Shown here: positions 26,045 to 32,000 of the stretch, in pieces | Position numbering within the stretch: position 1 is the stretch's first letter | How the letters are laid out: each line of letters begins with the position of its first letter | Origin: Sulfolobus virus STSV1 | Length of the DNA stretch: 32,000 bases | Direction: 5' to 3' (one strand) | Sequence record: NC_006268.1 | Program-made: the position numbers and the translations under genes | The notes under the pieces: generated by a model | What the model was told of the DNA's origin: nothing | Databases searched by the model: none | What the model saw: only the letters and a program-made list of their open reading frames with translations

Positions 26045-26814
26045 AAAGCTTGTTAGTTAGGCGGTTTACTGTAAGAGGTGTGATAGTTTAGTATCTGAAA
26101 GTAAGCTGTTTAACTTTCGCCCCCCACACCCCCCCAAAAAAAGAGGGGTGGTGTAAGTAAGAGGGGCCTCATTAGCGGCAGCAATTAGTGCTTAGCAGCA
26201 GCTTAGCGGCCTAGCAGCAGCTGCTTATATTAAATAATTAGCTTAATATAAGACTCTTATTACATTAGCTAAGAACGCCCTTAACTCCCTCAGATTATTT
26301 CATATGACTTTTTGACGCATATAATTAAACGCCTGATCTTTTCATATCTCTTTCTATTTTTATCTTCTTAGTATTAACACTTCAAAGGTCGTTTTCTTTC
26401 ACTCTTAATTCAACACTTCTTACTACACACTTTTATACACTACAGAATTATCAATTAGATGTACCTTCTTTTCTTTTGTTTAATTCAGTATCTTTCACTT
26501 TCACAATATTTAGATGACATACAGAGAAGGTGGTGAGAAGTCTCATTCAGCATGAGAAAAATTGCGATTTCATATACCCCCCATACCCCCTTAACTTATT
26601 TCATACCCCTTTTATGCAAAGTTGTAATATTAATACAAGCTACTCTCTTTTTACTTGTGTATAGTGAAGAGTAACATATTATCACTAAACAAAAATTTTC
26701 TTTACTCCTCTTATCTTTTACATTTTTCCCTTAAACTTTTAGGTTGGTAGAATATTTATTACAGTCGTGAGAAAAATTATTTATAAAATTAGATGTTTAT
26801 TTATCTCACGTTAA
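26045..26814. other. Long noncoding region with clustered repeats and hairpins; candidate replication origin or control region
   Basis: No track ORF; hairpin 26126-26154; TTAGCrGC-type tandem repeats 26172-26221; 10-bp inverted repeat 26224-26233/26243-26252; CATACCCC blocks at 26582 and 26602. Confidence 0.5.
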
Positions 26815-27582
26815 CTATCTAACTATTTCTCCTATAGCTCTTTCTATATTGACTACACCAAGAAAGTCTTCAATTAGCGCCCTTAGTTTATCTTCTAGCC
26901 CATACTTTTCCGCAAGCGTTTTATAAATGGAATACATTCTAGCTATCAACACTTGAGTTCTTGATGCGACTTTTTCAAAAGTTTTCACATTCTGATCTTT
27001 TAGTCTGTATATTAGGTTTTCAGTTCTTTTTCCAATGAACTTATTGATTGTTTTAGCAACTCTTTGCAATAACTTTCCTAATCTATCTTTTAACTCCTCA
27101 ACATTCTGAATTGGCTTCTCATTTCTCCTTAATCTTAATACTAGAATCTGATCCGTAAATAATTTCTTTAAGAGTTTTTCAGCGTTTGAAGTAATCCTAT
27201 CACCAATGTAAGCATATGTTATACTCGTATTCTCCATAGTTGGCACCTTCATCACTTTATTTAACCACTTAGAAGCAGTTCTAATCTCTCTCATAATGTC
27301 AGAGGGCGTTATTGGTTTTGATGTTTGGCCAGAATATATGATTACCACAAAGTGATTTTCTTTCTCATTCAATTTAATTTGAATATAAGCAACTCCTAAT
27401 TTTACATTTTGGCCAAATTCCACAATCCTTTCATCTTCAGTAAGAGGAAGAAAATCGTCTTCAATACCTAAAGCTTTTTTAAAAATTTTCATAAAGTCCA
27501 CAATAGAGCGTATAGTAACTTCATTAACCTTTTTTGTTGCCTCACGCCTCGCTAACTTCTTCTGCAATGCCAGCATCATCAT
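26815..27582 (-). CDS. Uncharacterised protein (255 aa)
   Basis: Long ORF, overlaps the start of the ATPase ORF end by 41 bp; charged and helical in its C-terminal half. Confidence 0.65.
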   Translation of the reverse strand: MMMLALQKKLARREATKKVNEVTIRSIVDFMKIFKKALGIEDDFLPLTEDERIVEFGQNVKLGVAYIQIKLNEKENHFVVIIYSGQTSKPITPSDIMREIRTASKWLNKVMKVPTMENTSITYAYIGDRITSNAEKLLKKLFTDQILVLRLRRNEKPIQNVEELKDRLGKLLQRVAKTINKFIGKRTENLIYRLKDQNVKTFEKVASRTQVLIARMYSIYKTLAEKYGLEDKLRALIEDFLGVVNIERAIGEIVR

Positions 27583-28576
27583 TTTCTTCTAATATATTGT
27601 CTTCTTCTCCTTTAAATTTCTTTTTCTCTTCTTCAAGCAATAACTCAATATAACTATTTCTTATTAATGTATATTGGTCATACGCTGCTTTAGGCAGTTT
27701 TACGTTAACTAAGCCAGTGTGGGCCCTCACTCTTCCTGCATCTATTATTTTATCACCTTCAACCTTTATCTCATTGTAAATTATGTACTCTTTTTTCAAC
27801 CAGTTCTTTATTGTCGTTCTCGTGTACAGTTTCCATTGCGCGTAATTGTCAGGATCTAGGTTATTCTGAACTAAAAGCCTCACTAAATTATAATCCTTTC
27901 TTCTATTATCACGCGTTAAATACACATAATAGATCCCTTTAATTGTCCTCAGCATTTTGTGCAAGTTTTGCTCTGTCGTTGGCATGGTTATTATTATACT
28001 ACTCACTCTAGGCCTTAGAAGTGTTAACAAATCATTCGCAACCTGATATCTGTTTCGCCTTGACCAGTACGTATGAGAGCCGAAGAACACTTGCGCATCG
28101 TCTAGCAAAATTGCCGGAACTCTCAGTTCATTTCTTTCCAAAAACAAAATGAAATCACGTAATTGTAAGGGGTCAATAATGTTAAAATAAAGCGCAAATT
28201 GGAAATTAAGCAATGGATCATCGGGCCAATATCCATAAATCCCTGCCAAGATTTGCAATGCCATGCTACTTTTTCCAGCTCCTTGCTCACCTTCTATGAC
28301 AAAGATCGAAAAGCTCGTCAATTCTTTAACAAAATCTCTCGTTATTTTCATAATGAAGGGGTTAATGGTGGGAATCAAAACTTCTTGTCCACTTTCATCC
28401 CTAAGCCAAAGCGGCATATCGAGATAGGGATTTTTGTCTCTCTTTAGCTTCTCCTCTATCACTTCTTTTAGTATTACCTTGAATTGTTTTCTAAACGCAT
28501 TTTCATAATCAACGGTTAATAATGGCTTTCTAGGATCTTCGTTTTGAATAACAAAATCCCCAATTCTTTTTATCAT
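27542..28576 (-). CDS. P-loop ATPase (344 aa)
   Basis: Walker A VIEGEQGAGKSSMALQIL; Walker B VPAILLDDAQVFF; sensor-like SIIITMPT. Confidence 0.8.
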   Translation of the reverse strand: MIKRIGDFVIQNEDPRKPLLTVDYENAFRKQFKVILKEVIEEKLKRDKNPYLDMPLWLRDESGQEVLIPTINPFIMKITRDFVKELTSFSIFVIEGEQGAGKSSMALQILAGIYGYWPDDPLLNFQFALYFNIIDPLQLRDFILFLERNELRVPAILLDDAQVFFGSHTYWSRRNRYQVANDLLTLLRPRVSSIIITMPTTEQNLHKMLRTIKGIYYVYLTRDNRRKDYNLVRLLVQNNLDPDNYAQWKLYTRTTIKNWLKKEYIIYNEIKVEGDKIIDAGRVRAHTGLVNVKLPKAAYDQYTLIRNSYIELLLEEEKKKFKGEEDNILEENDDAGIAEEVSEA

Positions 28577-28630
28577 GCTATTCTTTATTTTGGCTACAGA
28601 ATTTATAAAAGTAATATCGAATAGTAATAT

Positions 28631-28948
28631 ATGTCTTTACCATATATCCCTAGAGCACGTATTGCCACAGAAAAGTCGAAAAATGAAGAGGATGAAGAGC
28701 AAAAAGCTGCAGAAAGCAAAAAAGATGAGCAAAAAGTAGATTGCACGCAAGTAGTTGCACAGTATGTTACACTTTTAAATGATTTGCTAAGTGACTTGCA
28801 AGAGCTTCTAAATCTTTTAGCAGATCGCTCTCTTAAAGCAAAGCCAAACTTCAAATGCCTCGATTACGATTTTTACCCTATTAACCCCGTGTTAACTCGT
28901 TACATTGTTAAGGGAATAAAAGAAGAATGTAGAAAAAGTTTAAAATGA
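28631..28948 (+). CDS. Uncharacterised charged protein (105 aa)
   Basis: Low-complexity Lys/Glu N-terminus then a folded-looking C-terminal part; preferred over the antisense Ser/Phe-rich ORF 28603-28854. Confidence 0.6.
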   Translation: MSLPYIPRARIATEKSKNEEDEEQKAAESKKDEQKVDCTQVVAQYVTLLNDLLSDLQELLNLLADRSLKAKPNFKCLDYDFYPINPVLTRYIVKGIKEECRKSLK

Positions 28949-29149
28949 AGTTTGGAAAAGTTCAGAAATCCTCTTTTTCCTACCGTCATAATAGTAAATA
29001 ATGCCATCATCGCCGAGATTTTCAATTTTCTTAACCTCAAAACTGTAAAGCGTGACAGTGTTCAAATCAAGTTCATTCTCACTTTCTGAGTTAGTTATCT
29101 TTAGGAACTCACCTTCCTTCTCTATCAAATATTTACCTATCTTTATCAT
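28940..29149 (-). CDS. Uncharacterised small protein (69 aa)
   Basis: 4-bp overlap with the upstream coiled-coil ORF. Confidence 0.55.
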   Translation of the reverse strand: MIKIGKYLIEKEGEFLKITNSESENELDLNTVTLYSFEVKKIENLGDDGIIYYYDGRKKRISELFQTSF

Positions 29150-29772
29150 CTTCTCACCTCTTCAATCTGAAGAAGTTTATCTACCTCATCAGAGATCTCA
29201 TCTCTTTTACGAAATACTTCTATTGCCTGTTCTAGCAATTCTAATCTTTGTGAAACATTCTGCCTTGCCCCTTCCATTATATTAATTAATTCTTTTGTAG
29301 TATCGTTAATCCTTATAAGCAATTCGTACATCTTTTCCATTGTATTTTTCTGATCTTCTATCTTATTCATTGCTTCTTTAATTTTATTTTCGTTAATGTG
29401 TGTAGAACTAGCAGCATTTTTTACCATTCTCATTTCCGCATCTAAAATTACTTGTACTATTTTTGTTGTTGTTTCTATAAATTCCAGTTCCATCCTATCC
29501 ACCTGTTTTAGCATTTCTATTATCTCATTTATTTTGTTGATTATCTCAGCTTCTGGTACCTTTTCTTCATTCAACCTTTTACGGAGGTCTGTTATACTAT
29601 CAAAAATTTTTACGCATGTGTCATCTGCTTCAGTGCTAAGTCTATCGGCTTTTTTTGATAACCTATTAAGCTCTTTAAATTCGTTATCACTCAAAACATC
29701 CTTTAAATTTGCGAAATCCGTGTTATCTTCTTCATTATATACTTTATTTTCTTCAAGATCTTTTTCTTTCAT
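29146..29772 (-). CDS. Coiled-coil protein (208 aa)
   Basis: Long heptad-like charged helical stretches throughout. Confidence 0.65.
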   Translation of the reverse strand: MKEKDLEENKVYNEEDNTDFANLKDVLSDNEFKELNRLSKKADRLSTEADDTCVKIFDSITDLRKRLNEEKVPEAEIINKINEIIEMLKQVDRMELEFIETTTKIVQVILDAEMRMVKNAASSTHINENKIKEAMNKIEDQKNTMEKMYELLIRINDTTKELINIMEGARQNVSQRLELLEQAIEVFRKRDEISDEVDKLLQIEEVRR

Positions 29773-29855
29773 ATTAATCTATTTCTTTATGTGTCATTTT
29801 ATAAATTTTTATCAAAGACCTCTCTTTGCTTCTTTGCCAACTCATCGTTTTTAGA

Positions 29856-29903
29856 TTTCCTCTTTTTACAGAATTGTCATGACAATTCAGCAAATTTGGA
29901 GAA
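29856..29903. promoter_or_regulatory. 48-bp composite dyad element, copy 4 (left arm degenerate)
   Basis: TTTCCTCTTTTTACAGAA-TTGTCATGACAA-TTCAGCAAATTTGGAGAA; contains AATTGTCATGACAATT (29872-29887), identical to copies 2 and 3. Confidence 0.7.
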
Positions 29904-29937
29904 AAGCCTACAAAACTTCACTACTTAAGGGGGCACA

Positions 29938-30384
29938 GTGTTTCTATCTACACGTTTTCTTCCGTCATCTTTTACGTTACTCATGGAAGAAAACTTTAAA
30001 TATAAAAAAGTTAACATAATATATGGTGAGAAAATGTTAGTCCAAACAGATAAGATTTCTCATGAAAGGATTACAAATCTGTTGGAAAACTCAATTCAAC
30101 TACTTACTGCTTCAACAGAAACTAAAAAATTGCGCACTATAAGAACAAACCTTAGTAATGTTATAAACAACATCTCGAGGGTAATGCTTTTACTAGAAAA
30201 AAGAGAAACCACAGAGGCTGAAAAAGCATACGTTCTTCTTCAATTCGCCAGGAAATTAGCAGTTTCAGAAAAGGCAAAAATAGATGAGGTAATAAAAGGG
30301 AAGAGAAAAGAAGAATTAATAAAGGACAATCTTAATAGCATTAAGATATTGTTGTGTGAAGTTGAAAAGCTGATGAAGAGGTGA
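29938..30384 (+). CDS. Uncharacterised helical protein; a downstream start (about 30034) is likely
   Basis: The region from MLVQTDKISHERITN onward looks like a normal helical protein; the N-terminal ~30 aa is probably untranslated. 4-bp overlap with the next gene. Confidence 0.55.
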   Translation: MFLSTRFLPSSFTLLMEENFKYKKVNIIYGEKMLVQTDKISHERITNLLENSIQLLTASTETKKLRTIRTNLSNVINNISRVMLLLEKRETTEAEKAYVLLQFARKLAVSEKAKIDEVIKGKRKEELIKDNLNSIKILLCEVEKLMKR

Positions 30385-31256
30385 GACTCATGTCTCCCGT
30401 GATTTACGGAGTTCACATGAAAGAGACAGAATACGCTGTTCCAGATGATGTTGCAGAACTACTCGTTCAGAAAGATAAGTACGCATTAGAAAAACTTCCA
30501 GTCTCCTATCTTCAAAAGGCAATCCGTGATCCCAATGTAATGCAAAACTTAATCAACTTTGCATCAAACATTCACACGTTTAGAAAGGGAATGACAAGAT
30601 GTAAAGTTCTGCTTCCACTTTCATTGTACGAAAAAGTAATTCATGAAGCTTCAGAGAAAAAGCTAACATTAAGCAAAGTAATGCTAGCTGCACTCTTTTT
30701 GGCTGCGAGAGAGGCAGGATTTTTGTCTGACAAAGAAATCTTACCATATGTTCAAGATTCAGCAATGTATAATACAAAACGCTCAATTAGAGTTCCACCT
30801 GGCTTCAAAAAAGAGTTGTTTGAAAAAATTTACGATTCTGGTAATACGCCATCTGAATACACGAGAAGAGCACTTTATCGATTTATTTCGGATCCTTCAT
30901 TTAGGCAAAACGTAGCTAGCGTGTTGAACTCCCTCGGAGTAGGAAAAATGCCAACAGAGCACAGCGAAATTTTTCCATTATACATAACTCCACAAGAATA
31001 CAAAAAATATAAACAAACACTTGAGCAAGAAAGACTTTTCGAAAAGTACGGTGTTTCAAGCCCAACGCTAGTCTTACTGCTTTTACATATGCATGACGAT
31101 GGCCTCCTAAATGATCAAGAGTATTTCAACTATCTATCAAGATTTACTGCGTTTGTTTCTTCAGGCTATCAACCTCAACCGGAAAACGCACAAGTGTTAT
31201 CAAGTTCGTCAGCTCATCAACAGTCGCAATCCAATAGCCATCATACTTCACCTTAA
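30381..31256 (+). CDS. Protein with two possible RHH-like segments (291 aa)
   Basis: CKVLLPLSLYEKVIHEASEKKLTLSKVMLAALFLAAREAG and KRSIRVPPGFKKELFEKIYDSGNTPSEYTRRALYRFI. Confidence 0.55.
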   Translation: MRLMSPVIYGVHMKETEYAVPDDVAELLVQKDKYALEKLPVSYLQKAIRDPNVMQNLINFASNIHTFRKGMTRCKVLLPLSLYEKVIHEASEKKLTLSKVMLAALFLAAREAGFLSDKEILPYVQDSAMYNTKRSIRVPPGFKKELFEKIYDSGNTPSEYTRRALYRFISDPSFRQNVASVLNSLGVGKMPTEHSEIFPLYITPQEYKKYKQTLEQERLFEKYGVSSPTLVLLLLHMHDDGLLNDQEYFNYLSRFTAFVSSGYQPQPENAQVLSSSSAHQQSQSNSHHTSP

Positions 31257-31956
31257 GTACGTATTTTTTACACTCCTCCCTAGGATCGTAAAGCAGGTTT
31301 ATTTCATCTCCATAATCCGCTACAGAAACAATTTTGCCTAGCTTTACTCCGTAAAAGCGTTCAAGCTTTTTTAAGTTGAGCTCTAGAATGCCATCTTTTG
31401 AAAATTCATGCGCAACTCTCTTTAGTATTGTTTTGTTCTTGTCAAGTATCTTTATGTAGTAGTATATCCTGTCACCCATGTTGTACTCAAGCACTTCCAT
31501 TGTTTTGTTTATAAGCCTCTTTTTTTCTTTACTTTTCTTCTTGTCTGCAATTATAAGCAGATCGTAGCCCGGTATAGCAGGCTTTAGTTCTTCGACGAAA
31601 TGCTCAATTACTAAAGACGATTTCCTTATGTATTTTCGTTTAGTTATCATCGTCTTTTTCGATAGGATTATTGAGTCAGGCGTGTAAGTCTTGTAGTACG
31701 TTCCGTCATATTCTCTGGGAAAACGTATTATTAAGGTTTGCTTTTTAGTATCTTTGCGATACATCAGGTGGTACCCGAGCTTCGGATAGTTCAGCTCTTG
31801 ATCCGTAAACTTTACCTCAATTAAACCATTGCCTTGGTCAATTAGGTACGCGTATTTAGGATTTTCTATATCCTTTAGGTAACGTAAAAGGCCAGGCGGG
31901 GGTACGGTACGTGTATAGCCGTCAATTATCTTAAGCGTTTTGCCTATCCTAAGCAT
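31144..31956 (-). CDS. Uncharacterised protein (270 aa)
   Basis: Long intact ORF, convergent with the preceding gene and overlapping its 3' end by 113 bp. Confidence 0.65.
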   Translation of the reverse strand: MLRIGKTLKIIDGYTRTVPPPGLLRYLKDIENPKYAYLIDQGNGLIEVKFTDQELNYPKLGYHLMYRKDTKKQTLIIRFPREYDGTYYKTYTPDSIILSKKTMITKRKYIRKSSLVIEHFVEELKPAIPGYDLLIIADKKKSKEKKRLINKTMEVLEYNMGDRIYYYIKILDKNKTILKRVAHEFSKDGILELNLKKLERFYGVKLGKIVSVADYGDEINLLYDPREECKKYVLKVKYDGYWIATVDELTNLITLVRFPVEVDSLKKQTQ

Positions 31957-32000
31957 GCTAATTATTTATGCTTTGCAAAGCTTATAGCATTTCCTCCCCC

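Noticed and set aside
28199-28447. Plus-strand 82-aa ORF
   Set aside because: Antisense to the P-loop ATPase.
28603-28854. Minus-strand 83-aa Ser/Phe-rich ORF
   Set aside because: Shadow of the Lys/Glu-rich plus-strand ORF 28631-28948.
29052-29854. Plus-strand ORFs 29052-29285 and 29396-29854
   Set aside because: Shadow of the coiled-coil and neighbouring minus-strand genes; Ser/Phe/Ile-rich low-complexity composition.
5239-29903. CRISPR array interpretation of the recurrent 18-bp dyads
   Set aside because: Copies are kilobases apart, variable in sequence and lack regular spacers or cas genes. They behave like dispersed regulatory sites.
30580-31341. Minus-strand ORF 30580-30786 and plus-strand ORF 31111-31341
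   Set aside because: Both lie antisense to or overlap better-supported longer ORFs and have no supporting motif.

Overview
This AT-rich 32-kb window looks like part of a large archaeal virus genome. The most likely source is a Sulfolobales tailed spindle-shaped or bicaudavirus-like virus; a related plasmid or provirus is less likely. Support comes from short, tightly packed genes, two long Ser/Thr/Asn-rich membrane-anchored surface proteins, a catalytic-domain-only tyrosine recombinase, RHH and AbrB-type regulators, an AAA+ ATPase next to a ParB-like protein and a membrane protein, a glycosylation cassette and two orphan DNA methyltransferases. The host and virus assignment is inference. The strongest unexplained signals are noncoding. 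(1) A GC-rich, multi-stem RNA-like element lies at about 10361-10485. (2) A family of 18-bp dyads (consensus about TTCTGYAAATTKGTAGAA) occurs singly and as four 48-bp composites with an 18-12-18 layout. One composite, at 25371-25418, is a perfect 48-bp palindrome centred exactly between two divergent start codons. (3) A 139-bp element is duplicated 13.5 kb apart (5095-5233 and 18622-18760), and each copy begins exactly at the stop codon of an unrelated gene. (4) A 44-codon mini-paralog sits directly upstream of a helical 182-aa protein gene. (5) A ~770-bp noncoding region (26045-26814) holds hairpins, GC-rich tandem repeats and C-tract repeats and is a candidate replication or control region. 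No tRNA, rRNA or CRISPR array was recognised.
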